From contig NIVC01000257.1 in the NCBI GenBank assembly GCA_002269645.1, positions 124,001 through 188,000 of the forward strand: DNA of 64,000 nt, in the 5' to 3' direction. Below are positions 46,064 to 59,574 of the stretch, in pieces. The translations under genes were made by a program, and so were the position numbers. The notes under the pieces were generated by a model. It made no database searches and was not told the origin of the DNA. It saw only the letters and a program-made list of their open reading frames with translations. This DNA comes from Macrostomum lignano (Eukaryota). The number at the start of each line of letters is the position of its first letter. Within the stretch, counting starts at the first letter, position 1.

Positions 46064-49000
46064 TCAAATCTCGTTGAGAATGCTCTGCTCAGACAGGTGA
46101 GACAAATTCTTCAAATCAATGGGTAGGTTGCCATCGTATAGGGAAGGCGCCTGCAGGATGATCCCGATTGTGCCTGCAATTTTCAGGTTTTGAATGCAGC
46201 TCATCTTTCTGCTTCATGGACTGTCTTACTAAGCAGTCGGTTCTCCCACTCACCCAGAATGCAAGCGATTGAGAAAATCCAAAGAAACAACCTGTCAAGC
46301 ACCATGGCAACGAACTTCCAGTCCTCTTTGATCTGAAATAATTGATCATAAATCACCTTTGTCTAATAAATTTGACTATATAAAATGCGTCTCCATGATC
46401 ATCGATAGCATGTGTAATGTGTCTCAATGTCTCTCTCGTTATCATGTGCAATGTGTCTCAATATCTCTCCCATTATCATGTGCAATGTGTCTCAATATCT
46501 CTCCCATTATCATGTGCAATGTGTCTCAATATCTCTCCCATTATCATGTGCAATGTGTCTCAATGTCTCTCCTGTTATCATGTACGATGTGCCTCAATGT
46601 CTCTCCTGTTATCATGTGCAATGTGTCTCAGTGTCTCTCCCGTTATCATGTGCAATGTGTCTCAATATCTCTCCCATTATCATGTGCAATGTATCTCAAT
46701 GTCTCTCCTGTTATCATGTACGATGTGCCTCAATGTCTCTCCTGTTATCATGTGCAATGTGTCTCAGTGTCTCTCCCGTTATCATGTGCAATGTGTCTCA
46801 GTGTCTCTCCCGTTATCATGTGCAATGTGTCTCAATGTTTCTATTGCACCCGATATGATGTGAAATGTGTCTTCTCACACTCTTCTCTACATCGTCCTGC
46901 TTCAGGTGACGCGCGATGAACTCGACGCCGTCCAGAGCGGCATGGACATCCCGCTTGAAGCGCGGCTGCTTCTGCCCGGACGCTGAACTGGCAGCTGCCG
47001 CGGCAGCCATATTCCGCGAATTCTGCGCCTCGTCGCTGGAGTTCAGCAGCAGCACCTCCAGGTCCCTGGCCAGACGGCGTCGTCGGCCAACCTCCGGGGA
47101 CGTCCCGGCTGATGCTGCATCCGGTCGCTGCTCGCCGGAGCTGTGCAGGAGCGGCTGCTGCTGCTGCTGCTGCTGCTGATGCCACGTTGCTGGAGGCGGA
47201 GACTGCGGCACGGACGCCCGACTTCGGTTGAGGGTGGCTCGGCCGAGGTCTTGCAGGCGCTGCGTTATTTTTAACAAAATGGTCAATCGAGCTATTTGAA
47301 GTTGAACGAGAAATATTTAGACTAGGCTGATTACTCTACTGTCAGTAGAGAAGTAGTAACTTCTATTTTTTGTGTTGTTTGAGTTTTTTCAAATACATTT
47401 ACGATATTAAATGTCTCATGCAATTTCATCAGACGCTAATCTTAAAAGCCACACTGTTTACGAGCTACGAGTAGATGCATTGAGAAGCCACAGTGAGAAG
47501 CCACAGTGAGGGAGAAGCCACAGTGAGAAGCCACAGTGAGAAGCGACAGTGAGGGAGAAGCCACAGTGAGAAGCCACAGTGAGAAGCCGCAGTGAGAAGC
47601 CGCAGTGAGGGAGAAGCCACAGTGAGGGAGAAGCCACAGTGAGGGAGAAGCCACAGTGAGAAGCCACAGTGAGAAGCCGCAGTGAGGGAGAAGCCACAGT
47701 GAGGGAGAAGCCACAGTGAGAAGCCACAGTGAGAAGCCGCAGTGAGGGAGAAGCCATAGTGAGGGAGAAGCCACTGTGAGTGAGAAGCCACATTGAAGGA
47801 GAAGCCACAGTGAAGGAGAAGCCACAGTGAGTGAGAAGCCGCAGTGAGAAGCCACAGTGAGAAGTTACAGCATAGAAGCCACAGTGAGAAGCCACAGTAT
47901 AGAAGCCACAGTGAGAAGCCACAGTATAGAAGCCACAGTGAGAAGCCACAGTGAGAAGTTACAGCATAGAAGCCACAGTGAGAAGCCACAGTATAGAAGC
48001 CACAGTGAGAAGCCACAGTGAGGGAGAAGCCGCACTTAGAAGCCACAGTATAGAAGCCGCAGTGAGAAGCCACAGTATAGAAGCCACAGTGAGAAGCCAC
48101 AGTGAGAAGTTACAGCATAGAAGCCACAGTGAGAAGCCACAGTATAGAAGCCACAGTGAGAAGCCACAGTGAGGGAGAAGCCGCACTTAGAAGCCACAGT
48201 ATAGAAGCTGCAGTGAGAAGCCTAGAGCTCAAGTTACTCACCTCATGCATGCTGGGCCTCGGCATCAGCAGCAGCTCAGGCAGTGACTCAAGAAAGAGTC
48301 GCCGCACCCAGGGCGCCATCCGGTGGGTGCTGGGACCCCGGAAGTGCACGTTGAGCACCACCACAGTGACTACAATCGACAAGGTGACGAGAATCATGGT
48401 GAACAGCAGGTACTTGCCAATCAGAGGCACAACAAGCGATGTTGGCGGTATTGTCTCTGCCAGCAGAAGGAAGAACACGGTGAGAGCCAGCAGGATGGAG
48501 ATGCACAGGGTGATCTTTTCGCCGCTGTCGGATGGCAGGTAGAACACCATCACGGTTAGGAAGCTGATGGCGACGCAGGGAATGATGAGGTTCACGGTGT
48601 AGAATAGGGTCTTGCGGCGCAGCACGATGGTAAAGGTGATGTCCGGGTACGGCTCCGGACAGCAGGGGTAGGTCTTCTCGTTCCGCCTGGCTGGCACTCG
48701 CATCACGTCCCACTCGGTGGACTCGTAGAAGGTCTCCAGATCGATGCCGTAGTTCACCTCCCATTGGCTGGTGTTGGCCTGCTGAATGTGGCGAAGGTCC
48801 ACCTGGGAAGAGAGGTGTTTGAAGGAGATTGGTCGGCGCCCTTTGATGTGCTTTGAGAGAGATTGGTCGGCGCCCTTTGATGTGCTTTGAGAGAGATTGG
48901 TCGGCGCCCTTTGATGTGCTTTGAGAGAGATTGGTCGGCGCCCTTTGATGTGCTTTGAGAGAGATTGGTCGGCGCCCTTTGATGTGCTTTGAGAGAGATT

Positions 49001-52000
49001 GGTCGGCGCCCTTTGATGTGCTTTGAGAGAGATTGGTCGGCGCCCTTTGATGTGCTTTGAGAGAGATTGGTCGGCGCCCTTTGATGTGCTTTGAGGGAGC
49101 TTGGTCGGTGCCCTTTGATGTGCTTTGAGAGAGATTGGTCGGCGCCCTTTGATGTGCTTTAGGGAGATTGGTCGGTGCCTTTGATGTGCTTTGAGAGAGA
49201 TTGGTCGGCGCCCTTTGATGTGCTTTAGGGAGATTGGTCGGTGCCTTTGATGTGCTTTGAGAGAAATTGGTCGGCGCTCTTTAATGTGCTTTGAGGGAGA
49301 TTGTTCTGTGTCCTTTGATGTAATACGAGAGATTGTGCCGGCGCCTTTTGATTTCATACGAGAGATTGTGCCGGCGCCTTTTGATTTCATACGAGAGATT
49401 GTGCGGCGCCCTTTAATTTCATAAGAGAGACTGTTCGGCGCCCTTTGATATGCTTTGAGAGAGATTGGTCGGCACCCTTTGGTGTCAGAATAGAGACTGT
49501 TTGTTCGGCGCCCTTTGATGTGTTTTGAAAGAAATTGGTCAGCGCCCTCTGATAATTAATTAAATCATAAATCTACGCTAAGCGTACGATAAAAATGTTC
49601 AATATTGATTTTTTAGAGTGAATCTTAGGCATACGTGCATTGCACTACTGCTAGTAGTTATTATTGAGTGCGATGAGTAGGCTAGGTGAAATGAAGACCC
49701 GAGCTCGTCAAGCCGAGGCTGGCGTGAAAAATCAAGCGCTTTCTTCGCCCAGGGGATAATTGAAAGCGAGCTGAAAGGGAGAAGTTTCTTATCTGCTTCT
49801 GTGCCGAGTGCGAGGGGCTTTCAGGCGTCAAGATGAAGAGGCTGGGTGGAAACCAGGGACCCAGAGTGAGATAAGAGGCTTGAAGCTTCTCGAGTCCTGA
49901 ATTGGACTTTGCTGGCAAATATGCGAATGAAACTTTCTTTGGGCAATGGCGAGAACATAAGGAGAAGAGATCACGATGCTGAGATGGTCAAAAATATTTA
50001 ACTTGCAAATTTCAGCTGTCATGCATTAAAAATGCGGTTAGTTGGAGCAGAGACAAGGCGCAATATTGTACTCGTGTGGCACAGGACAGGGAAGAAAATA
50101 CTAAGAAATTGAGGAAAGGTAAGGGAGAGGATGAAAGGATAGACAAGGGAGAGGAAAGGGAGAGAGTAAAGGGAGAGACTGAAGGGAGAGAGAAGGGAGA
50201 GGAGGGAAGGGAGAGAGAAGGGAGAGGGAAGGGAGAGAGAAGGGAGAGGAAAGGGAGAGAGTAAAGGGAGAGACTGAAGGGAGAGAGAAGGGAGAGTGAA
50301 GGGAGAGAGAAAGGAGAGTGAAGGGAGAGAGAAGGGAGAGGGAAGGGAGAGAGAAGGGAGAGAGAAGGGAGAGAGAAGTCAGGGGAAGGGAGAGAGAAAG
50401 GAGAGAGAAGGGAGAGAGAAGGGAGAGAGAAGTCAGGGGGAAGGGAGAGAGAAAGGAGAGAGAAGGGAGAGAGAAGGGAGAGAGAAGGGAGAGAGAAGGG
50501 AGAGAGAAGTCAGGGGGAAGGGAGAGAGAAGGGAGAGAGAAGTCAGGGGGAAGGGAGAGAGAAGGGAGAGAGAAGTCAGGGGGAAGAGAGAGAGAAGAGA
50601 GAGAATATGTTATTTTGCATATCTCAGTAGAAACCTGCAATCCGTCGTATGTCCAGCTGCCAAACTTCATCGTGCACTCCTGGCTGTCGAATGGGAAAAA
50701 CTCCACATCAATTTGGCAGGAGGATTTATAGATGGCCGGCGGCTCCCATAGAATTTTTCCTGTACTTTTCAGTGACGCCTTCGTCATGAGCGTCACCTCG
50801 TAGTTGCCGTCGGCGCTGTTCAAATTTTATGTGACAGACAATTGTTAACGTGTGCTAAATAATCTGAAAGATGAGTAAGCTGGATGCTAACTGTGTGCAG
50901 ATAGGGATAGTCTTAAGGGTGTGACAGCTGATAACTGCAGGTGAGAGGGATAGGGTAGGGTAGAGTGAGAGGGAGATGGAGAGTGTCAGGGGAGAGGGAG
51001 AGTGAGAGGGAGAAGATAAGAGAGGGAGAGTGAGAGGGGAGAAGGTAAGAGGGGGAATGAGAAGGAGAAGGTAAGAGGGAGAGTGAGAAGGAGAAGGTAA
51101 GAGGGAGAGTGAGAGGGAGAAGGTAAGAGGGAGAGTGAGAGGGAGAAGGTAAGAGGGAGAGTGAGAGGGGAGAAGGTAAGAGGGGGAATGAGAAGGAGAA
51201 GGTAAGAGGGAGAGTGAGAAGGGAGAAGGTAAGAGGGAGAGTGAGAGGGAGAAGGTAAGAGGGAGAGTGAGAGGGGAGAAGGTAAGAGGGGAATGAGAAG
51301 GAGAAGGTAAGAGGGAGAGTGAGAAGGGAGAAGGTAAGAGGGAGAGTGAGAGGGAGAAGGTAAGAGGAGAGTGAGAGGGAGAAGGTAAGAGGGAGAGTGA
51401 GAAGGAGAAGGTAAGAGGGAGAGTAAGAGGGAGAAGGTAAGAGGGAGGGTGAGAGGGAGAAGGTAAGAGGGAGGGTGAGAGGGAGAAGGGGTGAATTGGA
51501 AGGGGAAGCAGTTTAGGGGCATTCTATAGTCTCTGAATGGTCAACCGCATCATATAATCCTCACTTGTTGTACAGCACAATATCCGGCAACCAGATGTGC
51601 TCAGACGGAATGTAGAGTGTGCTCACTCCGTGGTACTTTGCTGGATCCCACGTTAGTTTGCTGTCATACCACACCTGAATGCGATTGAGCATCGTGTATG
51701 TTTGAGACTTTGCAAAGAGCAAAAGCAACAGAAATCAATAAACGAGCGGTGGGACACTGACCTCTCTTAGCCAAACATTTGTGGTCATGATCTGGTTCTT
51801 CTCGTCCTGAAAATTAACAAATTTGGAGCCCGTTAAAAACTCAATTAAGGAGCAGACACCTCTCCTCAAACACAGGATACCTCTCCTCAAACACAGGATA
51901 CCTCTCCTCAAACACAGGATACCTCTCCTCAAACACAGGATACCTCTCCTCAAACAGAGGATACCCCTCCTCAAACAGAGGACACCTTTCCTCGAACAGA

Positions 52001-55000
52001 GGACACCCCTCCTCAAACACAGGACACCCCTCCTCAAACAGAGGACACCCCTCCTCAAACAGAGGACACCCTCCTCAAACAGAGGACACCCCTCCTCAAA
52101 CAGAGGACACCCCTCCTCAAACAGAGGACACCCCTCCTCAAACAGAGGACACCCCTCCTCAAACACAGGACACCTCTCCTCAAACAGAGGAAACCTCTCC
52201 TCAAACACAGGACACCTCTCCTCAAACAGAGGACACCTCTCCTCAAACACAGGACACCCCTCCTCAAACACAGGACACCTCTCCTCAAACATCGAAAACC
52301 TCTCCTCAACAGAGGACATTCCTCCTCAAACACAGGACACCCCTCCTCAAACACAAGACACCCCTCCTCAAAAAGAGGACACCCCTTCTCAAACAGAGGG
52401 CACTCCTCCTCAAACACAGGACACCTCTCCTCAAACACAGGACACCTCTCCTCAAACACAGGACACCTTTCCTCGAACAGAGGGCACTCCTCCTCAAACA
52501 GAGGACACCTTTCCTCGAACAGAGGGCACCCCTCCTCAAACAGAGGACACCTCTCCTCGAACAGAGGGCACTCCTCCTCAAACACAGGACACCCTCCCCG
52601 ACCAGAGTACACATCAAAGTGTGAAGTGCAGCTGGTTTTGGCCTTAATTTCCAACAAATGTATTTAGCAGTTAAAATTTGACACAACAGTCTGTCTCAGG
52701 CTTATTCTGGCTAACCTTAGTCGATATCAAGAAACGAGTTGCTGTCGATCAGTTTAATCTGGAATTAATATTTCAGGGACTTTATCGCACGCTAGCATAG
52801 GTAGTTCCATACCTAGGCAATTAACACCCACTGCTACCGAAACCTGTAGGACAGCATATCACTAAGGCTGCTGCCGTCACCGCCCAGCTGAAGTATTGAT
52901 TGGCCCTAAAGAGAGGTTCAAGTGACGGCTGGGGCACAGGAGGTCAAAGTCGCCGCCTCTGCCTTGTGTCGGCTTCCCCTCTCTCTCTTGGATTCAATGC
53001 ATTATCGATTTTAGTACCAGAGAGCTCAGCTTCTGGGCAGTCCTATTAGAAGCAAACAGACGCAAACGTCACTGCATACTGGTAGCAACGCATTTAGTGA
53101 CACTGCCTTCATAGCAATACTCGCAGGAGGGCTGTAAACTCTGTATGCCTTGGGGGTCGGCCTTCATGGGTGTAAATCGAACGACAACCCACCGGAAAAT
53201 TTTCGCCTTATTATATCGACTCATCCATCCGAGCTCACCACGTCTATGAGTTGAGACAGTTTCAAGCCAAGATAGACGGTCAGAGTCTTGGAGTTGTTAT
53301 TCACGGGCCTGATCAGTTTGTTGTAGTCTGTCTTGACTAGAAGATCATCGTAGAGACGCTTGGCATCCGGGTTGGCGAGGCAGCCACCTGCGGTGAGATG
53401 CGATTGTTTGCTAGGTAAGGGTGAAAGGCATTAGATGCACCCTGATTTGGGTGGCTAGGTACAAGAACCGAGGTACAAGAACCGAGGTACAAGAAACGAG
53501 GTACAAGAAACGAGGTACAAGAAACGAGGTACAAGAAACAAGGTACAAGAACCGAGGTACAAGAACCGAGGTACAAGAACCGAGGTACAAGAACCGAGGT
53601 ACAAGAACCGAGTTACAGGATATGCAGTACAGGACGTGTACAAGAAACTTCTACACGGGACTGTTTTCTGTTGGCCCTGGAATTCAATTCGATTCAATAA
53701 TGAGGCGGCAGTCACTGGCACTGCAATCACTGGCTCATTGAGACGGTGCAAACCTCTGCATATGGGAATCTAATATTAGTCTTAAAAATGATGTTAATCA
53801 GATTCCCAAATACTCTCCCGTGCGAGGAATATACATGTTACTTGTCCCCCTCTCATTTGTCCATCCAAGCAGATTCCATGATTAATTTTGAGCTCGCGAG
53901 GTGGTGGCTGGAGGGAACTCCGGGCAGCCCCATTTTTCATCCGCCCGTGCCCGCGGCCCGACTTAATTTTGTACGAGAAATAACATCATCAGATAGGACT
54001 GGGGGACAGCCCGTGATTTCTTAACCACTCCTCTCCTTCACGTCACTGACTCTTGTCTTCCCGTCTCCTTCCGCCTCTCACTACTTCTATCTCTACTCTC
54101 TCTACTTCTGCCTCCACTCTATCTACTTCTTCTACTCCCTCTACTTCTCCCTCTACTCTATCTACGTCTCCCTCTACTCTATCTACTTCTGCCTCTACTC
54201 TATCTACTCCTTCTACTCCCTCTACTTCTCCCTCTACTCCCTCTACTTCTCCCTCTACTCCCTCTACTTCTCCCTCCACTCTATCTACTTCCCCCTCCAC
54301 TCTATCTACTTCCCCCTCCACTCTATCTACTTCTCCTTCTACTCTATCTACTTCTCCCTCCACTCTATCTCCTTCTCCTTCTACTCTATCTACTTCTCCC
54401 TCCACTCTATCTACTTCTCCTTCTACTCTATCTACTTCTCCCTCCACTCTATCTACTTCTCCTTCTACTCTATCTACTTCTCCCTCCACTCTATCTACTT
54501 CTCCTTCTACTATATCTACTTCTCCTTCTACTCTATCTACTTCTCCCTCCACTCTATCTACTTCTCCTTCTACTCTATCTACTTCTCCCTCCACTCTATC
54601 TACTTCTCCTTCTACTCTATCTACTTCTCCCTCCACTCTATCTACTTCTCCTTCTATTTTATCTATTTCTCCCTCCACTCTAGCTACTCTTTCTCATCTA
54701 TCTACTTCTACTCTCTACTATATTATTATTATTACTACTATATTACTATTCTACTCTCTACCCTCTACTATATTAACTTCTACTTCTACTTTTACGTCTC
54801 TTTCCTATTTTCTTCCTTCTCTTTACTTTTCCCTCGACTTCTCTCTACTTCTCCATCTATTTCTCCATCTACTTCTCCCCTAACTTGTTCTCCCTTCTAC
54901 TCCTGCCCCTACTCCTCCGTCTATTTATTTCCCTACTCCTCTCACTACTATAACATCTACTCTTAGTCTCTTTCTCCTTCCCAACTCATTCCGAAGGCAT

Positions 55001-55081
55001 GAATCAGAGCCAGCTCACCCACTCACCCATCAGGGTCAGCAGCAGATGCAGCACGGCCAGTTGCCACCGGCTCCGCTTCAT
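46064..55081 (-). CDS. nAChRalpha: Nicotinic acetylcholine receptor alpha subunit, 9 exons, ~556 aa
   Basis: Exons: 55081-55027, 53387-53239, 51806-51762, 51674-51565, 50815-50635, 48802-48242, 47259-46879, 46332-46254, 46173-46064, all GT-AG and phase-consistent. Motifs: signal peptide, [39 protein letters not shown], Cys-loop [20 protein letters not shown], loop [11 protein letters not shown]2 [41 protein letters not shown]. Confidence 0.96.
46405..46835. repeat. Intronic minisatellite, 34-bp unit TTATCATGTGCAATGTGTCTCAATATCTCTCCCA
   Basis: Tandem copies in a nAChR intron. Confidence 0.95.
47483..48222. repeat. Intronic minisatellite, 13-bp core GAGAAGCCACAGT with longer variants
   Basis: Tandem copies in a nAChR intron. 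Confidence 0.95.
48815..49545. repeat. Intronic minisatellite, 34-bp unit GAGAGATTGGTCGGCGCCCTTTGATGTGCTTTGA
   Basis: Tandem copies, diverging toward the right. Confidence 0.95.
50110..50602. repeat. Intronic GA-rich array
   Basis: AAGGGAGAGAG repeats. Confidence 0.9.
50945..51490. repeat. Intronic GA-rich array (GAGAAGGTAAGAGGGAGAGTGA-like)
   Basis: Tandem copies. Confidence 0.9.
51855..52592. repeat. Intronic minisatellite, 21-bp unit CACCTCTCCTCAAACACAGGA
   Basis: About 35 copies. Confidence 0.95.
53456..53612. repeat. Intronic minisatellite, 14-bp unit GGTACAAGAACCGA
   Basis: About 11 copies. Confidence 0.92.
54050..54960. repeat. Intronic pyrimidine-rich minisatellite, 21-bp unit CTACTCTATCTACTTCTCCCT
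   Basis: Tandem copies with degenerate flanks. Confidence 0.92.
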
Positions 55082-55295
55082 TCGCAGCCGCAGCAGCCCA
55101 AGGCGGTCAGTCTGTCTGTGAACAAAAAGTGCAGCGCTGCAAATAGCGAGCCACAGATGAAGAACTGGAAACTGCGCCTGTGTCTTAAAAAACAAAAAAC
55201 TCTATGAAAGCGATTTTGTTTCCATATGAAGCCAAGTTGCGCTTCAGTGCCTGGCTGCTAAAGAAACTTTACTGGCCCTACACACTGTGTTTGCT

Positions 55296-55342
55296 CCAAT
55301 AGGAAGGCGTCACCTGATTGGACAGGACCCTTTCAGCCAATC
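55296..55342. promoter_or_regulatory. Cluster of three CCAAT boxes upstream of the nAChR alpha ATG
   Basis: CCAAT at 55296, GATTGG at 55316 and CCAATC at 55337, 215-260 bp 5' of ATG 55081. Motif match only. Confidence 0.45.
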
Positions 55343-56139
55343 AGAGGCGCCGGCTACTGAAAAGCCAGTGCTACCCAGTTCTAAGAGGAGTTTCTGCCAA
55401 GCTAAGGCAGTTTATTGCCGTGGCTAACACTAGGACGAACTCATAAATCGAAAAAAAAATTATAGGCTTCATTTTTCTGATCCGGTTTGAAAATCTGCTG
55501 CCAAAGACAGTTAATATAGCTGCGACTTACGCTGATGATGGAGACTGAGAGACTGGGAAATGCCTGACTGTAATGGAGGAAGATGTTTAAATAAAAAAGT
55601 TTTGGCAGAAAAGAAGCGGGCAGACAGTCCCGGGGGTTGACGCCAGCAAGTGAGGCTTCTCACTGCTCTCAGTTGGCAACCTCCCGTGCAGTGTGAGCGT
55701 GCTCAGGCATCTGCTTCTGGGCCGCCCGCCAGCCAGCCCGACAACCCGCCACAAAGAGCTGGGCTTTTTGTCTGCTGCTTTTGCGCGCTCCGTGCAACAC
55801 CGTGTCCTGAAATTGCTGCAGCCTCGGGGGGGGGGGGGGCTAGGGGATTAGGGGAATAGATGTTTTTGGGAGAGGTGGAACTTTTCTGAGGAACTCAATT
55901 GCTAATGGATGCCATGTTTGCCGTGAAGATGGAGGGCTGGGTCGGCAGCAGGGAGGCAGTGGGTGGGGAGCTGTGGGCTTGAGTAGGATGAAATTATAAT
56001 GGGAGGCAGTGGGTCTGGTAGAATAGGGGAATTTATGAATGGAAGAATTAATGTGCTAATTTTGTGTTTAGAATGGGAGAATTAATGATGGTGAAAATTG
56101 CTTATGTTTGTAGTCGGGAGATTGGTTCCCCCATTAGAA

Positions 56140-58900
56140 ATGGGGGAATTTCTAATTGGGAGAATGGGGGAATTTCTAATTGGGAGAATGGGGGAATTTC
56201 TAATTGGAAGAATGGGGGAATTTCTAATTGGGAGAATGCGGGAATTTCTAATTGGGAGAATGGGGGAATTTCTAATTGGAGAATGGAGGAATTTCTAATT
56301 GGAGGATGGGGGAATTTCTAATTGGAGAATGGAGGAATTTCTAATTGGAGAATGGGGGAATTTCTAATTGGAGAATGGGGGAATTTCTAATTGGAGAATG
56401 GGGGAATTTCTAATTGGAAGAATGGGGGAATTTCTAATTGGAAGAATGGGGGAATTTCTAATTGGAAGAATGGGGGAATTTCTAATTGGAGAATGGAGGA
56501 ATTTCTAATTGGAGAATGGGGGAATTTCTAATTGGAGAATGGGGGAATTTCTAATTGGAGAATGGGGGAATTTCTAATTGGAGAATGGAGGAATTTCTAA
56601 TTGGAGAATGGGGGAATTTCTAATTGGAGAATGGGGGAATTTCTAATTGGAGAATGGAGGAATTTCTAATTGGAGAATGGGGGAATTTCTAATTGGAGGA
56701 TGGGGGAATTTCTAATTGGAGAATGGAGGAATTTCTAATTGGGAGAATGGGGGAATTTCTAATTGGAGAATGGGGGAATTTCTAATTGGAGAATGGGGGA
56801 ATTTCTAATTGGAAGAATGGGGGAATTTCTAATTGGAGAATGGAGGAATTTCTAATTGGAGAATGGGGGAATTTCTAATTGGAGAATGGAGGAATTTCTA
56901 ATTGGAGAATGGGGGAATTTCTAATTGGAGAATGGAGGAATTTCTAATTGGAGAATGGAGGAATTTCTAATTGGGAGAATGGGGGAATTTCTAATTGGGA
57001 GAATGGGGGAATTTCTAATTGGAAGAATGGGGGAATTTCTAATTGGGAGAATGCGGGAATTTCTAATTGGGAGAATGGGGGGATTTCTAATTGGAAGAAT
57101 GGGGGAATTTCTAATTGGAGAATGGAGGAATTTCTAATTGGAGAATGGGGGAATTTCTAATTGGAGAATGGAGGAATTTCTAATTGGAGAATGGGGGAAT
57201 TTCTAATTGGAGAATGGGGGAATTTCTAATTGGGAGAATGGGGGGATTTCTAATTGGAGAATGGAGGAATTTCTAATTGGAGAATGGAGGAATTTTTAAT
57301 TGGAGAATGGGGGAATTTCTAATTGGGAGAATGGAGGAATTTCTAATTGGAGAATGGGGGAATTTCTAATTGGAGAATGGGGGAATTTCTAATTGGAGAA
57401 TGGGGGAATTTCTAATTGGAGAATGGGGAATTTCTAATTGGAGAATGGGGAATTTCTAATTGGAGAATGGGGGAATTTCTAATTGGAGAATGGGGGATTT
57501 CTAATGGGGAGAATGGGGAAATTTCTAATTGGAAGAATGGGGGAATTTCTAATTGGAGAATGGGGAATTTCTAATTGGAGAATGGAGGAATTTCTAATTG
57601 GAAGAATGGGGGAATTTCTAATTGGAAGAATGTGGGAATTTCTAATTGGAGAATGGAGGAATTTCTAATTGGAGAATGGGGGAATTTCTAATTGGAGAAT
57701 GGGGGAATTTCTAATTGGAGAATGGGGAATTTCTAATTGGAGAATGGGGAATTTCTAATTGGAGAATGGGGGAATTTCTAATTGGAGAATGGGGGAATTT
57801 CTAATTGGAGAATGGGGAATTTCTAATTGGAGAATGGGGAATTTCTAATTGGAGATGGGGAATTTCTAATTGGAGAATGGAGGAATTTCTAATTGGAGAA
57901 TGGGGAATTTCTAATTGGAGAATGGAGGAATTTCTAATTGGAGAATGGGGAATTTCTAATTGGAGAATGGAGGAATTTCTAATTGGAGAATGGAGGAATT
58001 TCTAATTGGAGAATGGGGGAATTTCTAATTGGAGAATGGAGGAATTTCTAATTGGAGAATGGGGAATTTCTAATTGGGAGAATGCGGGAATTTCTAATTG
58101 GGAGAATGGGGGATTTCTAATTGGAGAATGGGGAATTTCTAATTGGAGAATGGGGAATTTCTAATTGGAGAATGGGGGAATTTCTAATTGGAGAATGGAG
58201 GAATTTCTAATTGGAGAATGGGGGAATTTCTAATTGGAGAATGGGGGAATTTCTAATTGGAGAATGGGGGATTTCTAATTGGAGAATGGAGGAATTTCTA
58301 ATTGGAGAATGGAGGAATTTTAATTGGAGAATGGGGAATTTCTAATTGGAGAATGGAGGAATTTCTAATTGGAGAATGGGGGAATTTCTAATTGGAAATG
58401 GGGGAATTTCTAATTGGAGAATGGGGGAATTTCTAATTGGAGAATGGGGGAATTTCTAATTGGAGAATGGGGGAATTTCTAATTGGAGAATGGGGGAATT
58501 TCTAATTGGAGAATGGGGGATTTCTAATGGGGAGAATGGGGAAATTTCTAATTGGAAGAATGGGGGAATTTCTAATTGGAAGAATGGGGGAATTTCTAAT
58601 TGGAGAATGGAGGAATTTCTAATTGGAAGAATGGGGAATTTCTAATTGGAAGAATGTGGGAATTTCTAATTGGAGAATGGAGGAATTTCTAATTGGAGAA
58701 TGGGGAATTTCTAATTGGAGAATGCGGGAATTTCTAATTGGAGAATGCGGGAATTTCTAATTGGAGAATGGGGGAATTTCTAATTGGAGAATGGGGGAAT
58801 TTCTAATTGGAGAATGGGGGAATTTCTAATTGGAGAATGCGGGAATTTCTAATTGGAGAATGTGGGAATTTCTAATTGGAGATTGGGGGAATTGCAGATT
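56140..58900. repeat. Satellite, ~23-bp unit GGAATTTCTAATTGGAGAATGG(G), ~120 copies
   Basis: Largest array in the window. Confidence 0.98.
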
Positions 58901-59574
58901 GGGAGAATGGTGGATTTACTGGGGGCAATTATATTCATGGCAGGCCAATTTGCAGAATCAGAAGTTACACAGATGAGGAAATCTGCATATTCTGAGACGG
59001 AAATTTCAGGGAGAAATTCTCGTAGTATGGGAAATCAGAAAGTAAAACTCGGGAGTGTCAGACGGGGCTTGCAGAATGGGAGCAGAGAGTTCAGCCCCCC
59101 CCCCTGTTCCACACGTGTTATTTGCCAGCGCTGTGGGAAAATTCCGCACAGATGTTGCCTTCGGTTGCTCAATTTGACTTCTCTTCCGTTTATTGAGTAG
59201 CTGCAGACTGAACTTCAGCACCCGTTCGTTCTTAATCGATTTCTCAAAAAATATCTTTGAAAAGAAAACTCAGCAGAATAGAACGCTTAAAGTGCTACTG
59301 TTAGTATAAAAATAGTCTTTTATACTCTTTTTCTATACATTATTTTACCATTTTTTTCTCTTTATTATTATGACACATCTAACGATTGAAAATCCTTAAG
59401 TACGGGTATACATGTAACTATCGCAATTTGAATAAGGAAAAGTACTTATGTAGACATAATTACTGAACCAGCTCACACTCAGTATTTAACGCATTGGAAT
59501 AGTCACGATGGTCACTCCTAGATTGTTATGGTGATCATTTCTTAATGGTTATCTTGGTCACTCTAATAAAAATT

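Noticed and set aside
48110-49390. 426-aa ORF suggesting a repeat-rich nAChR N-terminus
   Set aside because: It is one real exon (48802-48242) read through flanking intronic arrays; the splice sites define the true exon.
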